Counted from the stretch's first letter, positions 10,206 through 20,695 are shown. The stretch is 64,000 bases of DNA from an uncultured Gemmatimonadales bacterium (GCA_963798085.1 CAWCRS010000001.1:288001-352000); one strand, 5' to 3'. Notes: generated by a model from the letters alone, not told the origin. A program made the numbers and translations.

Positions 10206-12152
10206 ATGGCCAACGAGGAACGGGAATCGCCTCCTCCTTCTGCCTCCAGCCCGATTACCCGCAAGGACTTCCTCAATAACACGCTGTTGGGCGTGGGCGC
10301 GGCGCTGCTGGGTGCGGGGTCGCCGCTCGAGCAGCTGCGGCGGGGCGCCGGTAGCAGGGGCCTCCCGCGAAGTGCGTCCGGCAGCGAGGTGGCCGACCCG
10401 TGGACAGGGTATGGCGGCGTGGGTGACTACGCGCAGGCGAACGGCAACACCTGGCCCGTGCTCGAGGCTGCCCACCGCATTCGCGATGGCAAGTATGTCG
10501 CGCTGCCTTCCAGTACGCGGGACACCGGCGAGCTGTATGACCTCGTCATTGTGGGTGGTGGCATTTCCGGGCTCACGGCGGCGTGGACTTTCCTCAAGGC
10601 GACCGGCGGCGCGAAGACCTGCCTGATCGTCGAGAACCACCCCATCTTCGGCGGTGAAGCGAAGCAGAACGAATTCGACGTGGATGGCGTGCGACTGGTT
10701 GCGCCGCAGGGCTCGAACCAGTTCGGTGCGCCGCGCGCGGGTTCTGGTGGCCTGAGCGATGAGATCTGGACGGACCTCGAGCTGCCTCGCCAGTTCGCGT
10801 ACGAGGAACTCGATCCCACGCTGGACGGACTCCGCATTCCGCTCGACAACTACGCCCACATGGATGGCGTCAACGAGACGCAGGTCGATGTCGGCTACTT
10901 CTTTGACGCGCAGAGCGGCGCCGCCGGTCCGAAATGGATGCGCAACATCTGGGGCAACGATCTGGCGGGGACGCCATTCCCTGATGACGTGCGCCGGGAC
11001 CTGCTCCGGTGGCGCAACACCAGCGGGCAGGGTTCGGACGCGTTCCGCCGAACACTTGATGGCATGACCTACGCGCAGTACCTCGAGGGCCAGCTGGGAC
11101 TCCGACCCGAGGTCACGAAGTACATCGCGCCCGTCATCGGCCTGATCAATGGCGCATCGCCTGACGCTGTGAGCGCGTTTGCCGCGCAGCAGATCGGCAT
11201 GCCCGGCGTGAGTCGCGTGCGTTCGCGCACGGGCCCGCTGCCGCAGTCGTTTCCGGGCGGCAATGCCACGGTCGCGCGGCATTTCGTGAAGTACCTGGTG
11301 CCGGGCGCCATTTCCGGCGGGAAGAGCTTCGACGGCGTGTACGACGGGCGCGTGGATTTCGCCGCGCTGGACCGCGCGAATCAGCCCACGCGCATTCGGC
11401 ACGGCGCCATTGTCGTGCGTGTGGAGCACGCCCGCGACACGGGCGGCGATCACGTTGTGGTTGCCTACGAGAAGGGCGGGCACGTGTACCGCGTGCGTGC
11501 ACGCAATGTGGTGATGGCCTCGGGCGGCTGGATCAACCGCCACATCATCGCGGACCTGCCCGCGGAGCTGCACGATGCGTACGGGGAATTCCTGTACTCG
11601 CCTGCAATGGTCGTGAACGTGGCGCTGCACAACTGGCGCTTCCTCTACAAACTCGGAATTTCCTGCGCGCGCTGGTTCGATGATGCGTTCGGCTTCTCCT
11701 GCAACATCCGCCGGCCCATGCGTGTGGGCCGCGTGGTGCCGCCGCTGCACCCCGACCGGCCGACCGTGCTCACCTTCTACATGGGCCTGTACGCTTCGGG
11801 CCGGCCGCTGGCCGAGCAGGGCGCGCTGGGCCGCAACATGCTGTTATCGACGACGTTCGCCGATCATGAACGCCGGCTGCGTGCGCACCTGTCGCGTCTG
11901 TTCGAGGACAGCGGCTTCGACGCGCGTCGTGACCTGGCCGGCATCATCCTGAACCGCTGGGGCCACGCCCGCCTGGTGCAACCGCCCGGCTTCTACTACG
12001 GCCGCGATGGCAAGCCGGCCGCGCGCGAGATCATCCAGCGCGGCTTCGGCCGCATCGCCATCGGTCACTCCGAGCTGAACGGCCACCAGAGCATGACCGG
12101 CGCCATGGCGCAGGGACACCGTGCCGCGGAGCAGACGCTCGGCCTCGGATGA
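10206..12152 (+). CDS. FAD-dependent oxidoreductase, spermidine-dehydrogenase-like, Tat-like leader
   Basis: ITRKDFLN leader; DLVIVGGGISGL; ENHPIFGGEAKQNEF; ILNRWGHA; FGRIAIGHSEL. Confidence 0.8.
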   Translation: MANEERESPPPSASSPITRKDFLNNTLLGVGAALLGAGSPLEQLRRGAGSRGLPRSASGSEVADPWTGYGGVGDYAQANGNTWPVLEAAHRIRDGKYVALPSSTRDTGELYDLVIVGGGISGLTAAWTFLKATGGAKTCLIVENHPIFGGEAKQNEFDVDGVRLVAPQGSNQFGAPRAGSGGLSDEIWTDLELPRQFAYEELDPTLDGLRIPLDNYAHMDGVNETQVDVGYFFDAQSGAAGPKWMRNIWGNDLAGTPFPDDVRRDLLRWRNTSGQGSDAFRRTLDGMTYAQYLEGQLGLRPEVTKYIAPVIGLINGASPDAVSAFAAQQIGMPGVSRVRSRTGPLPQSFPGGNATVARHFVKYLVPGAISGGKSFDGVYDGRVDFAALDRANQPTRIRHGAIVVRVEHARDTGGDHVVVAYEKGGHVYRVRARNVVMASGGWINRHIIADLPAELHDAYGEFLYSPAMVVNVALHNWRFLYKLGISCARWFDDAFGFSCNIRRPMRVGRVVPPLHPDRPTVLTFYMGLYASGRPLAEQGALGRNMLLSTTFADHERRLRAHLSRLFEDSGFDARRDLAGIILNRWGHARLVQPPGFYYGRDGKPAAREIIQRGFGRIAIGHSELNGHQSMTGAMAQGHRAAEQTLGLG

Positions 12153-12274
12153 GCTGAAAAGGCGAGGCGGAATCGTCGCCTGAATCGAATGCGCTGAAGA
12201 GGCGAGGCGGAATCGTCGCCCTGAACAGAATGCGCTGAAGAGGCGAGGCGGAATCGTCGCCTGAAATGAAGTGC
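12153..12274. repeat. Three tandem 40-41-bp hairpin units
   Basis: GCTGAA(G/A)AGGCGAGGCGGAATCGTCGCC(C)TGAA..GAA(G)TGC starting at 12153, 12193, 12234. Confidence 0.9.
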
Positions 12275-12636
12275 ATCGGATTCAGCGTATCGTGGGCTCA
12301 CCCGCCAGCCACACGGTGCGTAGCGACGTTGCCTTGCCGTGCCGTTCGGCAATTCCTCGATCCGGGGCTACGGTCGGTTGTAGCCGGTCGGGTGCACCGT
12401 GGGGGCGCCCTGCAGGACGATGGCGGCGGGCTCTGCCTCGTTCAGGATGGCGTCTGTCAGGATCGGAGTGCGGGCCGCGGTCTGGCCGGCCCTGTTCCTC
12501 GCCTCGCCCGGCGCCGGTCCGGCCCGGTTCCCGATCCGGGGACTTGCGCGACCATTGGTGGATTCGGCAACCTGCCAGTCGTCGGATGCCTCCGCGCCGC
12601 CCGGCCGTGCAGCCCTTCGCTGAAGGAGCGATTGCC

Positions 12637-14232
12637 ATGTCCGATCACCACGTGTCACGCCGTGATTTCGTCGCCGACAGCTCGCGACTCGCTTTCGGCG
12701 CCATGGTTGTTCCGCGCCACGTGCTGGGCGGGCCCGGCCACAAGGCGCCCAGCGACACGCTCAACATTGCCATTGTCGGGATGGGCGGACAGGGCACGCA
12801 GAACAGCCTCGAGCTGGTGGGCGAGAACATTGTGGCCGTCTGCGATGTCGATCTCGACTTCACTGCGAAGCAGATCGGCGATCAGCAGAAGGACAACAAG
12901 GGCAATCCGCGCGAGAACGGCGTCAAGCTGCTCGAGCAATTCACCAGAGCAGCGAAGTATTCCGACTTTCGCGAGATGCTGGACAAACAGAAGGATATCG
13001 ACGCCGTCGTCGTCGCCACACCGGACCATCTGCACGCGACCATTGCCAAGTCTGCCATGCAGATGGGCAAGCACGTGTACGTGCAGAAGCCGCTCACGTA
13101 CTCGGTGCACGAGGCGAGAGTGCTGCGGCGCACGGCGCAGGAGACGGGCGTTGTTACACAGATGGGGAATCAGGGACACTCGAGCGACGACGCACGCCTC
13201 ATCAACGAGTGGGTACAGGCGGGCGTGATCGGCGCCGTCCGCGAAGTGCACGTCTGGACCAACCGGCCCATCTGGCCGCAGGGCGTACCCAGGCCCGCGA
13301 GTGAGCAGATGCTCGCGGATGCGCAGCGCCGGGCCTTCGAGCAGCGCGCAGCCCAGCAACTGCGCTCCAGCGCGTCGCTGCAGAAGCCGCCGGCCGGCGC
13401 GCCCCAACAGCGGAGTCAGCCGTTCAAGTATCAGCCACCCGAATGGGATCGGCGCGGCGTCAGTGACCGCCTGGCAACCGCAATGTGGGGCGACTACAAG
13501 CCGTCGAAGAACCTGCACTGGGATCTTTATCTCGGCCCGGTCGCGGAGGAAATCCGCTACCACCCGATCTATCACCCGTTCAACTGGCGAGGCTGGGTCA
13601 GCTTCGGCGTGGGCGCGCTGGGCGACATGGGCGCGCACCTCATCGATCATCCCTTCTGGGCGCTGGGCCTCACGTACCCGACCAGCATTGAGGCCACATC
13701 GACGACATGGGGCGGGCCCCGCGACAATCCGGTGTCCTACCCGCTCTCCATGACCGTCCATTACCAGTTCCCTCGCCGGGGCCTGCAGCCGCCCGTCAAG
13801 CTGTCCTGGTACGATGGCGGACTGTACGCACCGCGGCCCGACGCGTTGCCCGATAACATCGAGTTGCTGGGAGAGGGCGGCGTGATCTTCGTGGGCGAAC
13901 GTGGCATCCTCCTGCACGAAACCTACGGCCGCAACCCCCGCATCTTCCCGGAGTCACTGATGGAAGAGGCGAAGGCGGTGCCGCAGACGTACCCGCGCAT
14001 CAAGGAGAAGCACGAGATCAACTGGGTAATGGCGTGCAAGGGACAGGGCAAGGCGACATCGCCCTTCGAGTACGCGGCGCAGCTCACCGAGACCATGCTG
14101 CTCGGCATTGTCGCGCTGCGCACGGGCCAGGGGAAGAAGCTGCTGTACGATGGCGAGAACATGAGAGTCACCAACCTGCCCGACGCGAATCAGTACCTCA
14201 CACGCGAGTATCGCGAGGGCTGGGCCGTCTGA
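12637..14232 (+). CDS. Gfo/Idh/MocA-family oxidoreductase, Tat-exported
   Basis: SRRDFV leader; [51 protein letters not shown]. Confidence 0.92.
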   Translation: MSDHHVSRRDFVADSSRLAFGAMVVPRHVLGGPGHKAPSDTLNIAIVGMGGQGTQNSLELVGENIVAVCDVDLDFTAKQIGDQQKDNKGNPRENGVKLLEQFTRAAKYSDFREMLDKQKDIDAVVVATPDHLHATIAKSAMQMGKHVYVQKPLTYSVHEARVLRRTAQETGVVTQMGNQGHSSDDARLINEWVQAGVIGAVREVHVWTNRPIWPQGVPRPASEQMLADAQRRAFEQRAAQQLRSSASLQKPPAGAPQQRSQPFKYQPPEWDRRGVSDRLATAMWGDYKPSKNLHWDLYLGPVAEEIRYHPIYHPFNWRGWVSFGVGALGDMGAHLIDHPFWALGLTYPTSIEATSTTWGGPRDNPVSYPLSMTVHYQFPRRGLQPPVKLSWYDGGLYAPRPDALPDNIELLGEGGVIFVGERGILLHETYGRNPRIFPESLMEEAKAVPQTYPRIKEKHEINWVMACKGQGKATSPFEYAAQLTETMLLGIVALRTGQGKKLLYDGENMRVTNLPDANQYLTREYREGWAV

Positions 14233-14254
14233 CATCCACGAATTCGAGGAAGCC

Positions 14255-15031
14255 ATGAAGCACCGCGTGCAGGGAACCATCGCTCTGATCGGCGGCGTCA
14301 TCGCTTTCGCGCCGCTCATTGTCACGGCGCAGGACCTGACTTTCCAGCAATCGGATGCGGAGGCGAGGCTGCTGGCGTCGCAACAGGGTGTTCCCAACAC
14401 GCTCTCGGCTGCCGAGCAGAAGGCCGGCTGGCGCCTGCTCTTCGACGGCCACACCACAAAGGGCTGGCGAGGCTACATGAAGCAGGAGATGCCCGCCGGC
14501 TGGAAGGTCGTGGACGGCGCACTGACACGCGTCGCGCCGGCCGGCGACATCATCACCAACGAACAGTTCACCAACTTCGAGCTGTCCATTGACTGGAAGG
14601 TCGAGCCCGGCAGCAACAGCGGCATCTTCTATCGCGCGGTGGAGGGCCCCGAGGAGATCTACTTCGGCGCCCCCGAAATGCAGGTGCTGGATGACGCGAA
14701 GCATCCTGACGGCAAGTCCGAACTCACCTCGGCCGGCTCTGACTACGGCCTCTATCCCGCGCCGCGCGGCGCCGTACACCCGGCAGGCGAGTGGAACACC
14801 GCCCGCATTGTCGTGAACGGCACCCACGTCGAGCACTGGCTCAACGGCCGCAAGCTGCTCGAGTACGAGCTGGGCAGCGCCGACTGGAAGCAGCGTGTCG
14901 CTAACAGCAAATTCAAGGAGTGGCCCGAGTACGGCAAGGCAGCCACCGGCCATATCGGATTGCAGGAACACGGCGGCGGTGTGGCGTACCGCAATATCAA
15001 GATCCGCGTGATTTCTGCGGGGGGAGGGTGA
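14255..15031 (+). CDS. DUF1080 (3-keto-glycoside hydratase/lyase-like) protein
   Basis: GWRLLFDG, NSGIFY, PEMQVLDD, GEWN, VEHWLNG, GHIGLQEHG, YRNIKIR; signal peptide. Confidence 0.92.
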   Translation: MKHRVQGTIALIGGVIAFAPLIVTAQDLTFQQSDAEARLLASQQGVPNTLSAAEQKAGWRLLFDGHTTKGWRGYMKQEMPAGWKVVDGALTRVAPAGDIITNEQFTNFELSIDWKVEPGSNSGIFYRAVEGPEEIYFGAPEMQVLDDAKHPDGKSELTSAGSDYGLYPAPRGAVHPAGEWNTARIVVNGTHVEHWLNGRKLLEYELGSADWKQRVANSKFKEWPEYGKAATGHIGLQEHGGGVAYRNIKIRVISAGGG

Positions 15032-15050
15032 GGGAGGGGGTCGGGGCTCA

Positions 15051-15349
15051 GGGGTCGGACGCGGGCGCGGGCAGGGGTTGAGAGGTGGGGCTGAGGGGTC
15101 CTTATTTCTGCCCTGCCCATTCCCGTAGACACTCCCCCTTCTCATCCTCGGCCCCATCTTCCATTCCCTTCTCCATTTCCCGACCCCGACGCCAACAGAC
15201 TCGGATGACGGCCGGGCAGGGAGAAGGAGATGGGCAGGGAGACGGGTCGGAGGCGGAGGAGCGGGAGGGTTCAGGGGAAAGGGAACGGGATGTTTGTTGC
15301 AATCCCCTCCCCCTCCCCTCAACGCTTGCCCTTGCCCGCGTCCGACGCC
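15051..15349. repeat. Repeat family B: inverted pair (15051-15085 minus, 15315-15349 plus) around a pyrimidine-then-purine interior
   Basis: Consensus CCCCTCAACGGGTGCCCTTGCCCGCGTCCGACCCC, also at 18785, 19141, 20784. Confidence 0.8.
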
Positions 15350-15403
15350 TGAACCTCGACCTTTCCCTCACCGGTCCCCGACTCGAGAAACGGGAAACGA
15401 GCG

Positions 15404-16291
15404 ATGAGCGACGCTGATTCAGCAGCAGACAGCAACGGAGCCCCCGGCCTCGACCGCCGTGACTTCCTGCGTACCCTTCCCGCGGTGGGTGCCGCACTCT
15501 ACGCAAGCGACGCATTCCGCACCCCGGCCCAGGCCGGCACCCAGGTCCGTTCAATCGGCATCCAGGCGTACACAATGCGCTCCGTACTGAGCAAGGACCT
15601 CGAAGGCACGCTCGCGGCGATTGCAAAGATCGGGTATCGCGAGATCGAGTTCGCAGGACTGTACGGCAAGTCGCCGGCAGAGATGCGCGCCATCCTCGAC
15701 CGCGTGGGACTGACCGCGGTTTCCAGCCATCACTCGACGGAGGACATCCGTGGGGACTGGCAGAAGACGCTCGACGGCGCGCGCACGCTGGGCCAGAGTT
15801 ACGTGGTGGTCGCATCCGTTGGCGGGAATGACCGCACTGCAGAGGGCCTGCGCGCTGTGGCCGACGACTTCAACAAGGCAGGCGAAGCGGCCAACAAGGC
15901 GGGCCTGCGCTTCGGCTATCACAACCACGACTTCGAGTTCAAGCCCGTGGATGGCCTGCTACCCTACGACGTGCTGCTCGAGCGCTGCGACCCGTCGCTC
16001 GTAATCATGGAGATGGACCTGTTCTGGATCGTGAACGGCGGGCAGGATCCGCTCAGGTACTTCGCGAAATACCCGGGCCGCTTCCCCCTCGTGCACGCGA
16101 AGGATCGCACGGCCGGCGGCGAGATGGTCAATGTGGGCAAGGGCGTGATTGATTTCCGTGACATCTTCGCGCATGCAACGCAGGCGGGCATCCGCCACGT
16201 CTTCGTCGAGCACGACAACCCGCCGTCGCCGGTCGACGACGCACGCGTCAGCTTCCAGGCGCTGCGCCGGCTGGGGCTCGGCGGCGGCTGA
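15404..16291 (+). CDS. Sugar phosphate isomerase/epimerase (IolE/xylose-isomerase-like TIM barrel), Tat-exported
   Basis: DRRDFL leader; GIQAYTMR; GYHNHDFEF; EMDLFW; HAKD; VEHD. Confidence 0.9.
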   Translation: MSDADSAADSNGAPGLDRRDFLRTLPAVGAALYASDAFRTPAQAGTQVRSIGIQAYTMRSVLSKDLEGTLAAIAKIGYREIEFAGLYGKSPAEMRAILDRVGLTAVSSHHSTEDIRGDWQKTLDGARTLGQSYVVVASVGGNDRTAEGLRAVADDFNKAGEAANKAGLRFGYHNHDFEFKPVDGLLPYDVLLERCDPSLVIMEMDLFWIVNGGQDPLRYFAKYPGRFPLVHAKDRTAGGEMVNVGKGVIDFRDIFAHATQAGIRHVFVEHDNPPSPVDDARVSFQALRRLGLGGG

Positions 16292-16294
16292 GAC

Positions 16295-16930
16295 TCAGTC
16301 GTCGCCTTTCCTCGCCTTGTCCCACTCCTCGTAACTAACCCCGAGTTTCTGGAGTGCAGCAGGCGGACAGCCCTTCCATTCCAGCACGGGCACATTGCCC
16401 ATGTACTGCAGGTCCGCAACACCCATTTTGCTGGAGAAGAAGCCCGACGCTGTCAGGTCGCGGAACATGTTGAAGAAGCGCACGCCATCGCCCACCTCCG
16501 GCTTCGCCTTCGCCGGCCATGCGATGTCATTGAGGATGGCTTTCTGCTGATCGGCAGTGGCGCCTGCGAAAGGCTGCTGGAAACGGCGCCGGCTCTCGCG
16601 ATCGAGCCACGCGAGCCCAGTCCGCATGCCCGTCTGACTGTCCGGCCGGTCCGTCATGACGAAGTCCATGAACTCCGGCACGCCGGCATCCGTTGCACTT
16701 CCCGAGCGTGCATCACGCGGTATGATGAGGTCCACGAGCAGTCGCACCGCGCGCCATTCCGCGGGCGTGAAGAATTTCGGCGCGTACTGCTGACCCGTGC
16801 GCTCGCGCTCGCGCACCGCGTCTTCGGCCGCGCGCACGGCGCGCTCGACAATGGAGGGGCCATCCAGCACACTGGCCAGCGGGATGGTGGCCACGAGGCC
16901 CAGCAGATCGCGACGTGACAGCTCGCTCAT
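16295..16930 (-). CDS. Gluconate 2-dehydrogenase subunit-3 family (Tat 'hitchhiker' subunit)
   Basis: SRRDLL; FFTPAEW; LIIPRD..SGSATDAGVPEFMDF; GFFSSKMG..LQYMGN; ATGA overlap with the GMC gene. Confidence 0.9.
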   Translation of the reverse strand: MSELSRRDLLGLVATIPLASVLDGPSIVERAVRAAEDAVRERERTGQQYAPKFFTPAEWRAVRLLVDLIIPRDARSGSATDAGVPEFMDFVMTDRPDSQTGMRTGLAWLDRESRRRFQQPFAGATADQQKAILNDIAWPAKAKPEVGDGVRFFNMFRDLTASGFFSSKMGVADLQYMGNVPVLEWKGCPPAALQKLGVSYEEWDKARKGDD

Positions 16931-18618
16931 AGCGCTCCTGCCTTTCGCTGCCTTGCAATGTAGTCCGATGTGCGCATGGAGAGTGCGAGGATGGTCCAGG
17001 TCGGATTCTTGTCCGCCTGCGAGACGAAGGGCGAACCGTCGGCCACGAACAGGTTCTTCACGTCGTGCGCCTGGCAGTTGCCGTTGACCACCGACGTCTT
17101 CGGGTCCGCGCCCATGCGCGCGCCACCCAGCTCGTGGATGATGCTGCCGCCCGTGGCAATGCCGTAGCCGCGTTCCGCGGTGGGCATCGGCGACCAGATT
17201 TCGCCGCCCATCTCGGTGATGATGCTGCGGAAGGTCTCCTGCATGTGCTTTACCTGCTTGTACTCGTAATCCGTGAACTCCCAGTGGAAGCGCAGCACGG
17301 GAATGCCGTAGCGGTCCTTCACAGCGGGGTCGATCTCGCAATACGACTTATCGTTGGGGATCATCTCACCACGGCCGTCGAAGCCGACCGTCGTGCCGTA
17401 GTAGCGGCGATAGTCGTTCTTCAGAGCCGCACCATAACCGCCGCCCGCTGGGTAGCGCTGGATGCCGCCCATGAACCCGGAGGAGGGCACGCCCAGCCCG
17501 CCCCACACCTCGATGTGGTAGCCGCGCGGGAAATCCAACTTCTTGTTATCCAGCCACCACGGCATGTAGACGTGCATGCCGCCCACGCCATCCTCGTTGT
17601 GCGGCACGTGGTCCACCAGCTTCGGAATGAAACCGCCCACGCCCGTTCCCGTCGTGTCGGTGAGGTACTTGCCCACCGCACCGCTCGAGTTCGCCAGGCC
17701 GTTGGGGAATTTCGACGACTTCGAGTTGAGCAGGATCCTCGCCGTCTCGCAGGCACTCGCCGCGAGCACCACGATCCTCGCCTGCACATGCTCATCACGA
17801 CCGGTGCGCTTGTCGATGTACGACACGCCGTCCGCCAGACCCTGCGGATTCAGCGTCACCTCGCGCGCCATGGCCTCCGTGATGAGCGTCAGTTTGCCCG
17901 TCTTGAGTGCCGGCGCAATCAGCACGGCCGGGCTCGAGAAATTCGAGTTGGTGCCACAGCCGCGGCCGCACTGGCCGCAGTAGTGACACGCGGGCCGGTT
18001 GTTGATGGACTGCGTGATGATGGAGAGACGCGATGGGATGCACGTGATGTTGAGCCGGTCGCAGGCCTGCTTCACCATCAGCTCGTAGCAGCGCGGCCTC
18101 GGCGGCGGCTGGAAAAGACCATCAGGCTCGTTGTGCAGATTCTCGTGGCTGCCGAACAGACCAATGAGCTTGTCGACCTCATCGTAGAACGGTTTCACAT
18201 TATCGTAGCGAATGGGCCAGTTGGGGCTGAGTCCATCGAGATCACCGCGGCGGAAATCGTCCGGTCCGAAGCGAAGCGAGATGCGACCCCAGTGGTTGGT
18301 GCGTCCGCCCAGCATGCGCGCGCGCCACCAGCGGAAGCGCGTGCCCGGCGCCGTCGTGAACGGCTCGCCCTCGAGATCCCAGCCGCCGATGCAGCCATCG
18401 AATTCGCCGAACGGCTTGTCCTGCGTCGACGCACCCCGCCGCTGCGTCTCGTACGGCCACTTCAGCATCGCGCTGTCGCGCGTCGAGTACCACTCCGGCC
18501 CCGCCTCGAGCAGCGCCACGTCCGCGCCCGCCCGCGACAGCATGTACGCCGCCATGCCGCCACCCGCGCCCGAGCCGACAATGCACACGTCGTACGTCTT
18601 GCGCTGGGGCTGGATCAT
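16927..18618 (-). CDS. GMC-family FAD oxidoreductase (glycoside 3-dehydrogenase-like)
   Basis: IVGSGAGGG; LGGRTNHWGR; CHYCGQCGRGC; HELGGARMG; NPTWTILALSMR. Confidence 0.92.
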   Translation of the reverse strand: MIQPQRKTYDVCIVGSGAGGGMAAYMLSRAGADVALLEAGPEWYSTRDSAMLKWPYETQRRGASTQDKPFGEFDGCIGGWDLEGEPFTTAPGTRFRWWRARMLGGRTNHWGRISLRFGPDDFRRGDLDGLSPNWPIRYDNVKPFYDEVDKLIGLFGSHENLHNEPDGLFQPPPRPRCYELMVKQACDRLNITCIPSRLSIITQSINNRPACHYCGQCGRGCGTNSNFSSPAVLIAPALKTGKLTLITEAMAREVTLNPQGLADGVSYIDKRTGRDEHVQARIVVLAASACETARILLNSKSSKFPNGLANSSGAVGKYLTDTTGTGVGGFIPKLVDHVPHNEDGVGGMHVYMPWWLDNKKLDFPRGYHIEVWGGLGVPSSGFMGGIQRYPAGGGYGAALKNDYRRYYGTTVGFDGRGEMIPNDKSYCEIDPAVKDRYGIPVLRFHWEFTDYEYKQVKHMQETFRSIITEMGGEIWSPMPTAERGYGIATGGSIIHELGGARMGADPKTSVVNGNCQAHDVKNLFVADGSPFVSQADKNPTWTILALSMRTSDYIARQRKAGAL

Positions 18619-18784
18619 TCTGCGGCTCCGCGTTTCGAGGGATCGCCTGACCTGCCTCATCTAGCGCCGGGCCCCCGTGGAGGGCAAGTGCATTCCGCAG
18701 CGCGGCGCTCACACTGCACCTCTCCTCGCTCATGGCCCGGAAACCACGCGTGCTGGAAAGGGTGAGGGGAAGGGTCTGGTTCTG

Positions 18785-19175
18785 ACGGCGGACGCGGGCA
18801 AGGGCACCCGTTGAGGGACAGGGAAGGGGTCCAGTCAGCCCTGCGCCGCCGTCAGCCCACCCCCTTCTTCTGCCACCCGCTCTGAACCGCAACCTGTCCC
18901 TGACGCTGTGTTAGAGCGGGACACTCGCCGGCTCTGAGCCAGTTACGCGGTGGTCGCTTGCCGGGAGAGAGGGAAGCGTTGCGTGCTTCCCCCTCACTCC
19001 TGTTTCCGGGGCCAATCGTAACCAGTCGTCAGAAGCGGAAAGCAACGGAGAGGGGAGTGGCGACGGAGAGAGGTCGGGGAGGAGGTGGGGCAGCGTTGAG
19101 GGCAGGAACAGGATGGCCACTTCAGCTCTCCCTAACCCCTCCCCTCAACGGGTGCCCGTGTCCGCGTCCGACCCC
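18785..19175. repeat. Repeat family B: inverted pair (18785-18817 minus, 19141-19175 plus)
   Basis: CGGACGCGGGCAAGGGCACCCGTTGAGGG ... CCCCTCAACGGGTGCCCGTGTCCGCGTCCGACCCC. Confidence 0.8.
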
Positions 19176-19295
19176 GCAACCAGACCTTTCGCCTCGCCCT
19201 TCCGCGCATCCTGATGCGCTGGCCGACCGCTGCGCCAGGTGATGCGCAGGCCGGGCGCGCGACGGATTGCCGGTCGGCCGCTGTGGTCGTCTAAC

Positions 19296-20498
19296 TCATT
19301 GTTGAAGTGCGCGCGCGCAGCGGAAGCCGCGCTCGTCCGAGATGTCCTGGGGATCGACATAGAAGCGACGCGCCGCCGCCAGCGCCGGATCGTACCAGCC
19401 GCCGCCGCGCTCGATCTTCTTGCTGCCGGATTCGGGGCCCCTCGGATTCATGAGCGCGTCCACCGGAAAGTCCTCGGCATACCAGTCGGCCACCCACTCC
19501 GCGGCATTGCCGATCATGTCGTACATGCCGTAGGGACTGCGGCCCGCTGCGTGACTGGACACGGCGGCGAGTCCTTCGGTGAGGGACAGGTCAGAGTCGC
19601 GCGCGGAATTGCTGAGGCTGTCGTCGGGACTGGTCTCGCCCCATGGATACGTCCGGCCATCGGTGCCGCGCGCGGCCTTCTCCCATTCTGCATCGGTGGG
19701 CAGCCGCCGGCCGGCCCAGTGACAGTATGCGTCCGCCGCACGCCAGCTCACGCCCACCACCGGCAGGTTCCCCAACCGCTTCAGGTCCACGCTGTCCCAG
19801 TACTCGGGCCTCAGCAGGGAGCCGGTCGCCTCGAGGAACTTCGCGTACTGCGCCATGCTGACTTCGTAACGGTCCATGTAGAAGGCATCGAGGTAGACCT
19901 CGTGGACCGGATAGAACTGGTCGTCTCCCATCGTGAATTTCCCGGCCGGAATCAGCAGCGAGACCGCACCGTCGCGGCTCGTGATCTCCGGGACCCCGCC
20001 TGAGCGTGCGCGCAGGCCGGTCCGGAGCGCCAGAGCGCCCGCAGCGAGCGCGAGGAAAACAGCGGCGCCGATCAGGCCCAGGTTGCGGCGCCCTCGCCAG
20101 CGCAACCGCGCAATGCGATGCACGGCGTCCGCCACATCGGCCTGCAGGTTGCCGCTGGGTTCGAGTACCGTGACCGCACGCAACCAGGGTGGCAGCTGGC
20201 TGTAGTCGGTGGGATGCAGCAGCACGGGCAGCACATGGCCGCTCGGACGCGGCCAGCGTTCTTCGGCGATAGCCAGTTCGCTGAGTGTATAGCTGCCCGC
20301 ATCGATGGCCTGCGGGCTCACCAGGAAGATGAAGAGTTCCGCACTCTCAATGCCGCGGCGGATGCGCATGTCGTACTCCTCGCCCGCGGGCAGATCCTCG
20401 CGGTCGAAGAAGACGTCGTGACGGGCCGCGCCCAGCGCGAGCGCAATCGCCTCGGCGGGCTGGCTGTCCGTGCGCGAATAGCTCAGGAAGATCTTCAT
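19296..20498 (-). CDS. TIR domain - TM helix - FGE-sulfatase (SUMF1/FGS) domain protein
   Basis: IFLSYSRTD, VFFDREDLPAGE, FLVSP, YTLSEL (TIR); LGLIGAAVFLALAAGAL (TM); RLPTDAEWEKAARG, YPWG, YDMIGNAAEWVADWY, RGGGW, GFRCAR (FGS). Confidence 0.9.
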   Translation of the reverse strand: MKIFLSYSRTDSQPAEAIALALGAARHDVFFDREDLPAGEEYDMRIRRGIESAELFIFLVSPQAIDAGSYTLSELAIAEERWPRPSGHVLPVLLHPTDYSQLPPWLRAVTVLEPSGNLQADVADAVHRIARLRWRGRRNLGLIGAAVFLALAAGALALRTGLRARSGGVPEITSRDGAVSLLIPAGKFTMGDDQFYPVHEVYLDAFYMDRYEVSMAQYAKFLEATGSLLRPEYWDSVDLKRLGNLPVVGVSWRAADAYCHWAGRRLPTDAEWEKAARGTDGRTYPWGETSPDDSLSNSARDSDLSLTEGLAAVSSHAAGRSPYGMYDMIGNAAEWVADWYAEDFPVDALMNPRGPESGSKKIERGGGWYDPALAAARRFYVDPQDISDERGFRCARALQQ

Positions 20499-20695
20499 TG
20501 GCGTGCGTACCCCGATCGTGGCCGGGCGGCCAGGTTCGAGCAGGGCAATGGGCTCGCAGAGACGCGGCAGCGGTGCCGGTCCGCCCCCGCAAAATCGCCG
20601 CTGCGCGACGCTGCGTCAGTCGTTCGGCTGTCTCTGCCGGCTACTTCTCCCGCCATGCTTCCGCCTCCCCGGGCCATTGATCCCTCCGGGCGCCT

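Noticed and set aside
12153..12274. CRISPR array
   Set aside because: The units are nearly contiguous with only a few variable bases. There are no unique spacer-length segments and no cas genes.
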